From a virus (taxonomy: Duplodnaviria > Caudoviricetes), in IMG/VR virus record IMGVR_UViG_3300025876_000070, positions 1 through 32,553 of that record: a stretch of 32,553 nucleotides of DNA; one strand, 5' to 3'. How positions within the stretch are numbered: the stretch's first letter is position 1; each line of letters begins with the position of its first letter. Both the position numbers and the translations under genes were made by a program. Below, in pieces: positions 15,659 through 25,874 of this stretch. The notes beneath the pieces were generated by a model, which was given only the letters and a program-made list of their open reading frames with translations, was not told where the DNA came from and ran no database searches.

Positions 15659-16233
15659 CAGGCAGTTCTTTTGTAGTGCTCATCTTCATAGCTAGTATTT
15701 TGACCTCGGCTACCAAACCACCAGCCTACAACCATTGCTGTCATGTTGACAAGAGCTAAGTCAAACGGATTTGCAAGCATCTGGTCAAACGCTGTGCCAA
15801 TCAATGCTACTTGGTCATTCAAGTTAGTTACATCTTGCGTTAGCTTATCTGTAATGGCGTAGTATTCACTTGTGCGTATGCTTGTCATTAAAACTAGATA
15901 CCAGGTTATGCCTGGCCTGGTGATAGAGCGCATAAAGTTAGCAATGTCGCCTAACATTGACTTGCCCCATTTAATCTTACTCAGATTGTTTTCAGCGTCT
16001 TGAGAGTTGGTAAACGCAGATATATTGCCAGCTATTTCGGTTAGTGCAATCTCTTGCTCAGTTTCTTCACGCTTTGCTTTCATTGACATTTCAGTCAGTG
16101 CTAACTCTTGCTCAAACTCCAGACGCATACGCTCTGTTTGATGTTTAAACATATTGCGTTCATGCTTACGCTGCAAGAACGCGCCAAAGATACCAACGCC
16201 TGTTGATAGGATAGGGGATAAAATATCAATCAT
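15658..16233 (-). CDS. Holin-like membrane protein (3TM-holin-like)
   Basis: N-terminal hydrophobic helix, coiled coil, RPGITWY and VVGWWFGSRG; follows the endolysin. Start likely MIDIL at 16233. Confidence 0.6.
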   Translation of the reverse strand: MIDILSPILSTGVGIFGAFLQRKHERNMFKHQTERMRLEFEQELALTEMSMKAKREETEQEIALTEIAGNISAFTNSQDAENNLSKIKWGKSMLGDIANFMRSITRPGITWYLVLMTSIRTSEYYAITDKLTQDVTNLNDQVALIGTAFDQMLANPFDLALVNMTAMVVGWWFGSRGQNTSYEDEHYKRTA

Positions 16234-16633
16234 TTGACCAAAACTCCAATGACTTATCACCGCCAAACCAATGTCTGCGACGACCTGTATCTATGTGTAG
16301 AAATGTCTGATAATAACCAAAGCCTGTAAACCCAGCAGACTTACACATAAAGTTTAATTCTTCTTTGTTGTGATTACGCAAGGATATATCTACAGCAAGT
16401 TTTCTGTGCTGACTCAATGGCACACCGCCAACAGCTAGGTTATGCCTGAAGCATCTGTGTGCAGAGTTTATATGCAACGGCTTTTCTATCTTTGTACGCA
16501 CCCATTGCAGCTTATCTAGAAACTCTGGGTCATGATAGTATTGACCACAGTGTCTACATGATAGCTCTTTGGCACTAAAGTTAGGCCATCGGTCACCATC
16601 CCAATCGACTTTTATGTAATGTTTAGTTTTCAT
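16226..16633 (-). CDS. Endolysin, peptidase M15A family
   Basis: NFSAKELSCRHCG, INSAHRC..HN..VGG...SQH....AVDI, FLHIDT. Start MKTKH at 16633. Confidence 0.9.
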   Translation of the reverse strand: MKTKHYIKVDWDGDRWPNFSAKELSCRHCGQYYHDPEFLDKLQWVRTKIEKPLHINSAHRCFRHNLAVGGVPLSQHRKLAVDISLRNHNKEELNFMCKSAGFTGFGYYQTFLHIDTGRRRHWFGGDKSLEFWSND

Positions 16634-16922
16634 TCTTAATAATGAGTGCAGTGAGGTCTTTATGGTTTTGACGCATTTCAACGCCCAGTGACTCAATGCT
16701 GCGCTCAACTCTTTTAACAGATTCACGTACATCATCTTTCCTTGCGAAGTTTTCATTCATATCATCTTTTAAGTCATCTATACGCCCATGCGTTTTAGAA
16801 TTGTCATTGCTTATCTTAGCCGACACTTGTCTATCCCTAGCAATAACACCACCAACAAACGTAACTAATAATGCACAAAAAGTTAATAATGTCTTAACAT
16901 CTACGTTTGCCGGGTTTTCCAT
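16623..16922 (-). CDS. Single-TM coiled-coil protein (holin or antiholin candidate)
   Basis: LLTFCALLVTFVGGVIA TM segment followed by a coiled coil, immediately upstream of the endolysin. Confidence 0.55.
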   Translation of the reverse strand: MENPANVDVKTLLTFCALLVTFVGGVIARDRQVSAKISNDNSKTHGRIDDLKDDMNENFARKDDVRESVKRVERSIESLGVEMRQNHKDLTALIIKNEN

Positions 16923-16926
16923 GATC

Positions 16927-19900
16927 TTAACTTTCTAGCGCTTCTAAGCGTGTTTCTAGTGCTTCAATCTTAGCAATGGCATCTTGCAGTGCTGATGTTA
17001 GCAATGGCACAATCTTACTTTGGTCTATACCTTGATAATCTGGTACTTGACGTGTTGCCATAACCTTCTCTGTTGTTTCACGCCATAGTTGACCTTCTTC
17101 AAGTTTATCTGGCTCTACAACATCTGTGCTATGTACTACTTCATCAATAGCAGGAGTTAGCTCTTGTTGTTGCTCCTCATATGTAGCGTCAACAGCAGGT
17201 GTTAATTCATTGCCATCTTCATCATAAGTTGCTTCAACAGCAGGGGTTAGCTCAACTTGTATTGTTTCATATGTTGCTTCAACAGCAGGGGTATATATGT
17301 CACCTGTTGCTTCGCTTTCAACATACTGTTGGTCACGCATTGCATCTTTTTCGCCATCAACTGCTTCTGGCACTACTTCTTGTGCTTCATGTGCCAAGAA
17401 ACCATCTACCCTAGTGCCATCGACAATCCATTCAAAGTTTACTGGTCTTAGTGCTTTAACTCTATCAATAGAGCCTGTCATTTCTTGCACATCAGTTTTT
17501 AGTCTGTAGTCTGAGCTTGTAAGATAGCTTGTGCTTGAATTTAATGTGTTTATTTTACCAACAGCACCATTTGGATTATCAAAGATAATATGGTTCATTA
17601 GTCCTGTGCTACTTGTTGTAGATGATATAGCAGGTGTGCCTAATGCTATTACACCAACTTCAATAGCACCATCTTGGTTAGGAGTTAGTGAACCAACTTC
17701 TATTGTACTTGATACTGTTAAGTCACCTGCTACACTGAGCTTAGCACTCGGAGTTGAAGTCCCTATGCCCACGTTACCGCCCGCTTCGTTTAAAGTCATA
17801 TTATAGGCTGTTGCTGTACCATCCGTTCGTTGTGCCTGTAACCACACGTGTCCATCTGCACTGCTGTTGCCAACAACTAATCCATAACTTGTATCACTGT
17901 TTGTTAAATACAATGGTGCATTAGTTGATGAAGAACCTAATGATGGGGCATTTAACGTACCACTTGCACTAATTTGTGTTTTTGTTTTTGGTGCTGAAGT
18001 ACCTATACCCACGTTACCGCCTGCTTCTTGCAGTGTAAGCGGGTATGCAACACTAGCACCATTGGTATGTTGTGATTGTAACCAAGTACGTGGTGCTACA
18101 TTATCCATACCAACGACTAATCCATAAGCAGTATCACTTGGTGAAACGTATAATGATGCGTTTGCAGGAACAGAACCTAATGAAGGTGTTGCATAACCAC
18201 CAGAAGTAATTTGTGTTCTTGCCTTTGGTGCTGTAGTCCCTATGCCAAAATTACCATTAGCTAATAGCGTTGTCTTAACGCTGTTATTAGTAATAGTGTA
18301 GATTGGAATGTTATCGTATGTACCAAACTGTAAATTAGTTGAAGTACCACTTTCAACGCGCATATACATAGTGCTGTTATCAAGCGCATATACACCCATT
18401 CGAGCACCTGCTGTACCAACCGACCATTGTCTAGTGTTACTTGCACCTACGACATCAATTGAACCGTTTACATCTAAACCACTGTCATCTATGCTAGCTC
18501 TAATATTACCAAAATTATTTTTCCAAGTAGTTTTACCTAATCCGTCTATTGTAAAAACTGGATAATAACCTGCCGCTGAACCATCCCAACCCATAGCCGC
18601 TTCAAATATTGTTGAAGTGTTACTTGCCCATGCGTTCATAACGGATAAACCGTTCTTGCCTGTTGCGTTAGAGTTTTGTTGTACTTTAGCTAAGAAATCG
18701 CCTGTGGTTGTATATGTTGTTCCATTAGCAACATCTATACCACCTGTTACATCTATACCACCAGAATTAATACGCATACGTTCTGTAGTACCACCTGTAC
18801 GCAGTAGTATTTCGCCATTTGATTGTAGTGCATCTATATTTAAATTTGCATTGGATGTTGAAGTACCTAAACGCCACATATCGCCTGAAGTCGTAGAGTT
18901 TCCTGTTACATATACTCTATTTGCATCTGTAGTTTTTAATTCTAATGCTTCAAATGAACCTGCGCCTGTATATGTGCCTTTACCTGTTACATCTAACCCT
19001 GCAGGTTTAACACGCGCTACTTCTGTTTCGTTGACACCAAATACTAAATCACGAGTAGGTGAGTTAGTGTAAAGATTAGCGGCATCAGCATCTAATGCTA
19101 TACCAAATCCATAACCACTGCCTTGTACTTTAATCTGCCCACTAGCAGAAGCATCCATGCTCATGTTAGTTGCATTTGTTACTTGTATACCATTAGATGT
19201 TGTAGCTAGTTTTTCTGCATTATCGTAATACAATGTTACTGCGCCATCAGCAATCGCACGTATCATTCTTTCACCTGTGTATTTGTCAATTAATACATCA
19301 TTTGAACGTATATATAGATTGCCTGTACCACTATCATCAATAATAGAGTTACTACCATCGTGATAAATTTGTAAGTCTGAGCTAGTTCCATACTTAGCTT
19401 TAACACCATCGTTGAACAGTATGTCACCTGTCATTGTACCACCAGCTTTAGGTAGCGCAGCGTCAGCAGTAGTACCTTGCGCGGCAGTAGCATAATCAGA
19501 AGAATCAAATGCTTTAACTTGTGCTAGGTTAGTAACCTCAGAGTCCATCAAGGCTCCTGCGGCAGTTACATTAGCAGTATCCGTCACATCAGCAGATGCT
19601 TCTATGCCATCAAGTTTAGTACCATCAGCAGCTACGTCGCGGCCATCTACTGTGCCTGATAGTGTTACGCTCCCGGTAAAGTTTAAATTACCTGTACCTG
19701 TAATATCGTTGCTGTTTAAATCTAAATTACCGCCAAGTTGCGGTGTAGTATCGTCTACAACGTGTGCGAGTCCACCACTTGCAGTTGAGCTAATAACGCC
19801 CCCTGCGGATATCGTTACGTTAGTACCAGCAGATATCTCATTTAAAGTTACATCTGCACCTGTAGCTATGCCATCTAACTTTGCGCCATCAACACTTACA

Positions 19901-21084
19901 TCTCTGCCATCAAATGTCCCTGACGTAGTTATGTTGCCTGTCATTGCACCGCCAGATAACGGCAAATAGTTTGTCAATGTTAGTGCATTTACAGCAGTGT
20001 TAAGACTTGTAGTTGTTGCATGATTAGTACCGTCACCAATAAATATATCACCATTATCAAGGTTAGGTACAGCATTGCTACGCCCTGCACCCATTATAAA
20101 TATACCACCAGCACTTGCGTGTGAACGTGTTACTTTAGCTATTTTCTGTATTTGTGACGACTCACCTGAAGGTATTGCTGTGGTTAATGTTCCTGTATTT
20201 GATACATACAGTTCATCACCTTCACTAAATGCAGATGTATCTAAATTGTGCATTTCACCAAAAGTAAGTACCTGACAAGATGCGTTTGCGCTTACAGATG
20301 CATCTATAATACCGAAGGCTGGCATCTTACTTGCATCATTGGCATCGGCTTTAGAAACAACAGTAGTGTTTCCTGATATGCCAGATATATATACTGGATC
20401 ACCAGCAGATAACGCCTCACCAGCTTGACCTTTAAATTTAGTAGGGCCGCGCAATGGGCCTATAAATTCAACAGCTTCTACCTCATCAGTAACTGTAATA
20501 CCGCTATCAGTTGTTATTAGCCTAACTACATTGTTATGATATAGTGTTACAGCACCGCTTTCATTAAATCGCGCCATATACGTATTACTGCCTTGGCCTC
20601 TAATATAAACATCATCTGAAGCAAATATCTGTAAGTCACCAGCACCCACATCACGTATGTAACTTGACACACCATCGTGCGATATCTCTAGGTCATTACC
20701 TGTGCCTAACGTTAATTTATAATTATCAGCTAAATTTATATTGCCGTTGCCATTGATATTCTTGCCGTTTAAATCTAAGTTACCACCAAGCTGAGGTGTC
20801 AAATCCTGTACGATAGCAGTAATACCAGATGTGTTAGTTGCATTAGCCCACACAGTTCCATTGTAAACAAGTATCTGACCGCTTATTGCATTGTTAACTT
20901 GTACGTCTGTAATGTTGCTAAGTATGTGATTGTGACCATTGTCTACAACAGTTACTGCAATATCTATATCGCCTGTTGTGTAATCTAACGTACCACTACC
21001 TGTTGCTTCCCCGGTAAGGTTTGTTGTCAGGTTTGTGGGAATGGGTACAGGTGAACCACCAGCACTATCTTCAGCTATTGGCAT
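16927..21084 (-). CDS. Long tail fibre with C-terminal peptidase S74 intramolecular chaperone
   Basis: G/T/S/N-rich with GNVGIGT.AP repeats, TSSDYRLKTDV autocleavage motif, GFLAHEAQEVVPEAV and a terminal coiled coil. Confidence 0.92.
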   Translation of the reverse strand: MPIAEDSAGGSPVPIPTNLTTNLTGEATGSGTLDYTTGDIDIAVTVVDNGHNHILSNITDVQVNNAISGQILVYNGTVWANATNTSGITAIVQDLTPQLGGNLDLNGKNINGNGNINLADNYKLTLGTGNDLEISHDGVSSYIRDVGAGDLQIFASDDVYIRGQGSNTYMARFNESGAVTLYHNNVVRLITTDSGITVTDEVEAVEFIGPLRGPTKFKGQAGEALSAGDPVYISGISGNTTVVSKADANDASKMPAFGIIDASVSANASCQVLTFGEMHNLDTSAFSEGDELYVSNTGTLTTAIPSGESSQIQKIAKVTRSHASAGGIFIMGAGRSNAVPNLDNGDIFIGDGTNHATTTSLNTAVNALTLTNYLPLSGGAMTGNITTSGTFDGRDVSVDGAKLDGIATGADVTLNEISAGTNVTISAGGVISSTASGGLAHVVDDTTPQLGGNLDLNSNDITGTGNLNFTGSVTLSGTVDGRDVAADGTKLDGIEASADVTDTANVTAAGALMDSEVTNLAQVKAFDSSDYATAAQGTTADAALPKAGGTMTGDILFNDGVKAKYGTSSDLQIYHDGSNSIIDDSGTGNLYIRSNDVLIDKYTGERMIRAIADGAVTLYYDNAEKLATTSNGIQVTNATNMSMDASASGQIKVQGSGYGFGIALDADAANLYTNSPTRDLVFGVNETEVARVKPAGLDVTGKGTYTGAGSFEALELKTTDANRVYVTGNSTTSGDMWRLGTSTSNANLNIDALQSNGEILLRTGGTTERMRINSGGIDVTGGIDVANGTTYTTTGDFLAKVQQNSNATGKNGLSVMNAWASNTSTIFEAAMGWDGSAAGYYPVFTIDGLGKTTWKNNFGNIRASIDDSGLDVNGSIDVVGASNTRQWSVGTAGARMGVYALDNSTMYMRVESGTSTNLQFGTYDNIPIYTITNNSVKTTLLANGNFGIGTTAPKARTQITSGGYATPSLGSVPANASLYVSPSDTAYGLVVGMDNVAPRTWLQSQHTNGASVAYPLTLQEAGGNVGIGTSAPKTKTQISASGTLNAPSLGSSSTNAPLYLTNSDTSYGLVVGNSSADGHVWLQAQRTDGTATAYNMTLNEAGGNVGIGTSTPSAKLSVAGDLTVSSTIEVGSLTPNQDGAIEVGVIALGTPAISSTTSSTGLMNHIIFDNPNGAVGKINTLNSSTSYLTSSDYRLKTDVQEMTGSIDRVKALRPVNFEWIVDGTRVDGFLAHEAQEVVPEAVDGEKDAMRDQQYVESEATGDIYTPAVEATYETIQVELTPAVEATYDEDGNELTPAVDATYEEQQQELTPAIDEVVHSTDVVEPDKLEEGQLWRETTEKVMATRQVPDYQGIDQSKIVPLLTSALQDAIAKIEALETRLEALES

Positions 21085-21095
21085 TTAACTCTCCA

Positions 21096-21377
21096 TTACC
21101 ATTTTACGCGATCAGCCCAATAGGCTGCGCTTGATTTACCTTTTGCTATGTTCTTGCGATGTCTTGCTTTAAAACTAGCTCTCTTTTTCTTCATACGTTG
21201 GCTCTCGCCAGACTTAGGCTTTCCTGCTGTACTAGCGCCTTGCTGTCCAAAGCGTATGATCTTCTCTTTGCCGTCATAACACGACTTTACAACGTGCGAC
21301 TTTGTTTTATGCCCCGGTGTACGTCTAGGCTTGTTGCACTTCATGTTAGCTTTAAGTATGGGTTTGCGGCTAATCAT
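21096..21377 (-). CDS. Small, very basic phage protein
   Basis: KIIRFGQQG...RASFKARH...SAAYWADRVKW, a pattern I recall from marine phages; function unknown. Confidence 0.75.
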   Translation of the reverse strand: MISRKPILKANMKCNKPRRTPGHKTKSHVVKSCYDGKEKIIRFGQQGASTAGKPKSGESQRMKKKRASFKARHRKNIAKGKSSAAYWADRVKW

Positions 21378-21379
21378 TT

Positions 21380-24304
21380 TTATCTTTTAGTACGTATCTG
21401 ACCATCAGACCTACGATAACGTGTGCCAGCTGGCAGACTATCATATTGCTGTTGAGTTGTAATATTTACAATATTAGGTGTTGTTGCACTAACTACACCA
21501 GCACCAGTTAATCCACCAAGTGCTGTTAAAGCGCTCTGTTTTGGTAACGCACGTAGTATCTTTACGCCTTGCGAATTATCTAGCAATCTACCGCTTATTT
21601 TCTTTCTTACGTCTATATCTAAATCTAATAGCATTTGCGCTGCATCGCGTGTAGGCATAGTTAATAATTGCGCGGCAGCAGTTGTTATATCTTCATCAAC
21701 AACATCTCCAGCTTTACCTAGTGTTCTTAAACTTAGATCACCAGCTTTTCTACCTAAAAATGGTATTAAATTAGCTAGGTTTCTTACATCGCCAACAGCT
21801 TCAGTGCCTTTTGCTATAGCTTGCATTGTGTCGCTTTTCGCTGGCTGCTCTGCTAGTTTTATGGCTTCTGTAGCACTTGCTGTAATAGAGTTTGCGCCTA
21901 CATCTGTTGCTTTTGCTGTATCTGCTAGCTCTGCTTGACGCACTAAATCATTTACTAAGGTTTCAGCTTTTTCTTTACCAATAACTGTTTCTAACTTAGA
22001 TTTAAAGCTTGGTGTTCTAAATTGCCCTTTTAATGCGCTATAGCTCTCAGGGTTATCTAATAAAATATCTATTTGATCTTTAATACCTGACAACAGCGCT
22101 TCTTTTTCAGATTTACTATAATTCTCTATATCTCTTGCAAACTGTTTGGGCCTAGTTTTTTTGTTAGTGATATTTTTTAAGCCATAATCCATTGCATTTT
22201 TGTTAGCCTCCTCACCAGCAAATACACTTCTAGCCTGTGCATATTCTGGATTAGCTTTATCTATTTCTTTTAATAGTTTATTTTTAATAATGATTAAATC
22301 ACGCGCTCTTTTTTTTGTATTTTGCTGTATATTCCTACCTATTTCATCATCTAAACTTTTTTTAACTTGATCTAATATTTCTAATTGGTTTTCTGTTGCT
22401 TGCCCCATATAAGCTAAATCTTTTACTGCTTTATCCCTGTAGTCTTTAACTAAAGGTATATTAAGAACCTCTTGCAATTCCTCTGTTGGCTGTATTCCTT
22501 TAGCAAATGCTTTGTCATATAACGGCTTAGATTCCTCATCTATTCTTATATTTATATCATCTAGCGTGTCGATCATATCTTTTGGTCTACCAAGCGCTAC
22601 GTTAAATGCTTCATTTACACGTTGACTTTGTTCAGATTGTTGCGCTCTTGCAGCTTTTTGCATTATATTTTGAGATGGCCCAGCCCTACGGCCTAAGCCT
22701 ACGCCAGCTATACTATATCCCGGCAAATTAGGGTCTTGCAATAACATATCAGGTCTAACTGTTTCATCATCTGCGGCACGTAACAATGATGATCTAAACT
22801 CTTTTGGGTCTTTTATGCCAGATACAGACCTCATGTAGTCATATATGTTTTGTTCTTTGCCTTGTGGTATTGTATCAATGCGTGTCTGTGTTTTCTTTGA
22901 CCTAATGTTTTTTGGGTCAAATATAACTACTTCATCGCCACCAGCAGCAATGATACCATCATATCCAGCTTTTTTTGCTTTTTCAGTAAGCGCTGCAGGT
23001 GTATATTCTCTATTGGCTCCCCTTCCTCTTCTTATGTAATCACTAAGTGTATAATCAATATCTTCTATTTTGCCAAAAAACTTATCATAGCCAGATTTGT
23101 TTGAGTCTAGCAAACCTGTATCTTGATTGACCTTTCTTTTTACTTCCCTTTTTAATGCGTCTACAGCTTCTTCTTTTGTGTCATAAAACTGTTTTTGATA
23201 ACCACCAAAATTTGCATATATTTCTGAAAATTGTTTTTTCTCTACACCTTTACTGTCAGTATAAGTGAATGGTTTTAATACTGGGTCAATTATATATGCG
23301 TGTACACCATCTGTTCCATCACTGTTTGTTGCTGGCCCAATTTTTACATTTTTATCTACATAATCATCTATTTTATCTAATGTTGCTATAGTCTTTTTTG
23401 TTCTATCATCTAGCATATCTATTTTATCAAGCTCACTTGTCCAGAATCTAAAATCTGGACTGTCAATACCTAAATAACTGGCTTTTCCTTTGCCTGACAA
23501 ATCTAACATTTTACCTTTAGTATAAAACTCACCTACATTTGGCCCATAATAACCTGCCTCACCATAATTTGGTGTTAAATAATGGCCTCTACCATAAAAA
23601 CCATCATCTCTTTTGCCTATGTATTTATCATCAAACTCATCAAACTTTGCCTGTGAGCCATGATATAAAGGTTTATCAACATTAAAATCATCAGCTACTT
23701 GCTCTGCAATGTCATCAGATATACTTTTGGTAGGCACATCAGGAGTATCAATATTAAATGCTCTGCGTGTGCCTCTGTATACTTGTCCCGGTGCTTTTAT
23801 AATACCTTTAACAGTAGCTACACCTGTTTTTGCTAATGGCCCTATAGCTGGCGCTAATCCTGCAAGTTCAGCAGCGCCTCCTGCTGCCTCTAATCCTGTT
23901 AATGCAGCCTGTTTGCCTAACCTACCAGCTATTGCTGGCCTGCCTGTAGCCAACGCAGCTAACGCACCACCACCTAATGCGCCAGACTTCTGTATATTAC
24001 TTGGCATATCATATACAGCCATTGCTGGGTCTGTTACTAATGTTTTTACAGGTTCTTCTATAACGTCAGCAGCGTAATCTGGTAGAGCACCCGCTCCATA
24101 TGCAACCGCTGGATTTATTAATCCACTGCCAGCCCTAACAGCAGTACCAGCTGCTCTTAAACCACTTAAAAAACCATCAAGAGGCTTTGCTTGCATTGGT
24201 GCACTACCGCTTTTAGTTTTAATTTGACCATCAGATCTGCGATATTTAGTTCCGGGTAGCAAAGCATCATATTGTTCTTGGCTAGTAATATTTGGTACTG
24301 ACAT
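21380..24304 (-). CDS. Large ejection (internal virion) protein with ART-PolyVal-like domain
   Basis: Third large gene after the nozzle and GNAT. Motifs LYHGS..KFDEFD, FYGRGHYLT...EAGYYG, AGYDGII, DEVVIFDPKNIRS; helical C-terminal half. Confidence 0.75.
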   Translation of the reverse strand: MSVPNITSQEQYDALLPGTKYRRSDGQIKTKSGSAPMQAKPLDGFLSGLRAAGTAVRAGSGLINPAVAYGAGALPDYAADVIEEPVKTLVTDPAMAVYDMPSNIQKSGALGGGALAALATGRPAIAGRLGKQAALTGLEAAGGAAELAGLAPAIGPLAKTGVATVKGIIKAPGQVYRGTRRAFNIDTPDVPTKSISDDIAEQVADDFNVDKPLYHGSQAKFDEFDDKYIGKRDDGFYGRGHYLTPNYGEAGYYGPNVGEFYTKGKMLDLSGKGKASYLGIDSPDFRFWTSELDKIDMLDDRTKKTIATLDKIDDYVDKNVKIGPATNSDGTDGVHAYIIDPVLKPFTYTDSKGVEKKQFSEIYANFGGYQKQFYDTKEEAVDALKREVKRKVNQDTGLLDSNKSGYDKFFGKIEDIDYTLSDYIRRGRGANREYTPAALTEKAKKAGYDGIIAAGGDEVVIFDPKNIRSKKTQTRIDTIPQGKEQNIYDYMRSVSGIKDPKEFRSSLLRAADDETVRPDMLLQDPNLPGYSIAGVGLGRRAGPSQNIMQKAARAQQSEQSQRVNEAFNVALGRPKDMIDTLDDINIRIDEESKPLYDKAFAKGIQPTEELQEVLNIPLVKDYRDKAVKDLAYMGQATENQLEILDQVKKSLDDEIGRNIQQNTKKRARDLIIIKNKLLKEIDKANPEYAQARSVFAGEEANKNAMDYGLKNITNKKTRPKQFARDIENYSKSEKEALLSGIKDQIDILLDNPESYSALKGQFRTPSFKSKLETVIGKEKAETLVNDLVRQAELADTAKATDVGANSITASATEAIKLAEQPAKSDTMQAIAKGTEAVGDVRNLANLIPFLGRKAGDLSLRTLGKAGDVVDEDITTAAAQLLTMPTRDAAQMLLDLDIDVRKKISGRLLDNSQGVKILRALPKQSALTALGGLTGAGVVSATTPNIVNITTQQQYDSLPAGTRYRRSDGQIRTKR

Positions 24305-24320
24305 TGTTTTATTACCTACT

Positions 24321-25847
24321 CTACTGATCTTGCGTTGAATAGTTTACGCCACCTATGTTAGTAACGCTTGGTGTATCAATTAACGTTGGAGCATACGGCT
24401 CTACAGCACCATTTGTTTTGTCTGCTAATCCATTAAGTGCAACAATACGCGCTAATCTTTTTTCTTCAATAACATCTTCTCCATCACCGGGTACAGGGAA
24501 ATATGCTCTTGCATAACCATCTAGCTCATCTTGCCCTATGACAGCACCTGATTCATCACGCAATACAGCCTGTATCCATAATTCACGCTGCGTTTCATAT
24601 CTTCTTCTACCTTGTGACTTAAATTTACTATCATCTCCAAGTTGTAAACGTGATGCTGGGTTATATTCGCCTTCTTCTACAATTTTATCTAGTGTTTCTG
24701 TAGCTGCTAGTCCTTTATTAAAGAATTTTTTAGCGTCAAGCTCAGATGCGTTAAAGTCTTTTTTGTCAGTTTTAGCATTAGCAGCTCTTTGCTTTAGCAC
24801 TAATTCTTGCTGTCTTATGCCTTCTATAAATCCTGTACCGCGTTTTAATTCTTCAAATTTATCAAGATTTAATTGATGGTTTTCTTTTCTCGCTATAGCA
24901 GCATCTTCTAATTGTTGTTTTCTTAATTCATAATTTCTGTCACTTTCACCCACTTTTTGCTCATATTGCATTAAGAATTGTTTATTTCTTTCCTCAAATT
25001 CTTCTCTACTTAATCCCATTTGTTCAAGCTTGACATCTGACGCTACGTTTAAGCTTCGCAATTGAGCTTTAAACATTTCACCACCTTCTTCAACAAAACG
25101 CTCACCAAGTTTTCCTATTAAATCGGGTCTTGATATATATAAGTTTCTAAACTCTGGTTTTATTTGCCCAGCGTCAATCAGACCATCTACAACTGATTCA
25201 GTTTGCTCATCCTCTAATCTTGCTTGCTGTCTTTGCATATCGCCAGCACGTCTAGCTTCTATCGTTTGCATTATAGCTGCTGTTTTGTTTCTATCTCCCG
25301 GTGCAGAGAATACATCACCTAATACACCAGCAATGGCAGCTATTTTTTGCCCTTTAGTGTAACCAGGTGCATCATATCTACCCTTTAAACGCTCTTGCAA
25401 TGCCGCATTGTCTATAGTTGATTGCTCATCATCACTTAACACTCTTTGACCATCAATGTTTTGCGTAATCATTGTAGGCTCACCAAGTTGTTGCCTTGCT
25501 AGTGCAGCACCATCTTGTTCTGGTATTATATTACCAATCATGCCTTGTGCTAAACCCATGTTATTTGCAGGAGATGGAGGTGCTATATACCCCGGCTCAA
25601 CAGTTGTAGTGCGACCACCTTCACCTTTAAATGTGCCGCCACCCGGTGTTTCTAATGCCGCTATAATATCTGGGTTTGTTATAATGTCGCCTTGTCCTTT
25701 AAATCTTGGCTGCATAACAGTAGATAAATTTCTTAATGCTGGATTTAACGCAAAACCACCACCAAAGTTACTATTTGTACGCATAGGCATTTTATTGCGC
25801 CTTGGCGTACTACGCTGCTGATTCATCGTTCCTCGAAAAAATACCAT
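24321..25847 (-). CDS. Ejection protein (P22 gp20 position)
   Basis: 508 aa, Q/E-rich helical, with LRDESGAVIG...YFPVPGD motif; assigned by synteny. Confidence 0.65.
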   Translation of the reverse strand: MVFFRGTMNQQRSTPRRNKMPMRTNSNFGGGFALNPALRNLSTVMQPRFKGQGDIITNPDIIAALETPGGGTFKGEGGRTTTVEPGYIAPPSPANNMGLAQGMIGNIIPEQDGAALARQQLGEPTMITQNIDGQRVLSDDEQSTIDNAALQERLKGRYDAPGYTKGQKIAAIAGVLGDVFSAPGDRNKTAAIMQTIEARRAGDMQRQQARLEDEQTESVVDGLIDAGQIKPEFRNLYISRPDLIGKLGERFVEEGGEMFKAQLRSLNVASDVKLEQMGLSREEFEERNKQFLMQYEQKVGESDRNYELRKQQLEDAAIARKENHQLNLDKFEELKRGTGFIEGIRQQELVLKQRAANAKTDKKDFNASELDAKKFFNKGLAATETLDKIVEEGEYNPASRLQLGDDSKFKSQGRRRYETQRELWIQAVLRDESGAVIGQDELDGYARAYFPVPGDGEDVIEEKRLARIVALNGLADKTNGAVEPYAPTLIDTPSVTNIGGVNYSTQDQ

Positions 25848-25874
25848 AACTTTACCTTCTTGTCCTTATTTAGG

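Noticed and set aside
17140-17300. 45-nt periodic repeats as a possible CRISPR array or DGR template
   Set aside because: The repeats are in-frame, degenerate and coding; there are no spacers, no cas genes and no reverse transcriptase.
17199-20275. Multiple plus-strand S/P/V-rich ORFs, and similar ones over the portal, ejection, tail and capsid genes
   Set aside because: Antisense shadows produced by codon bias in the minus-strand structural genes.
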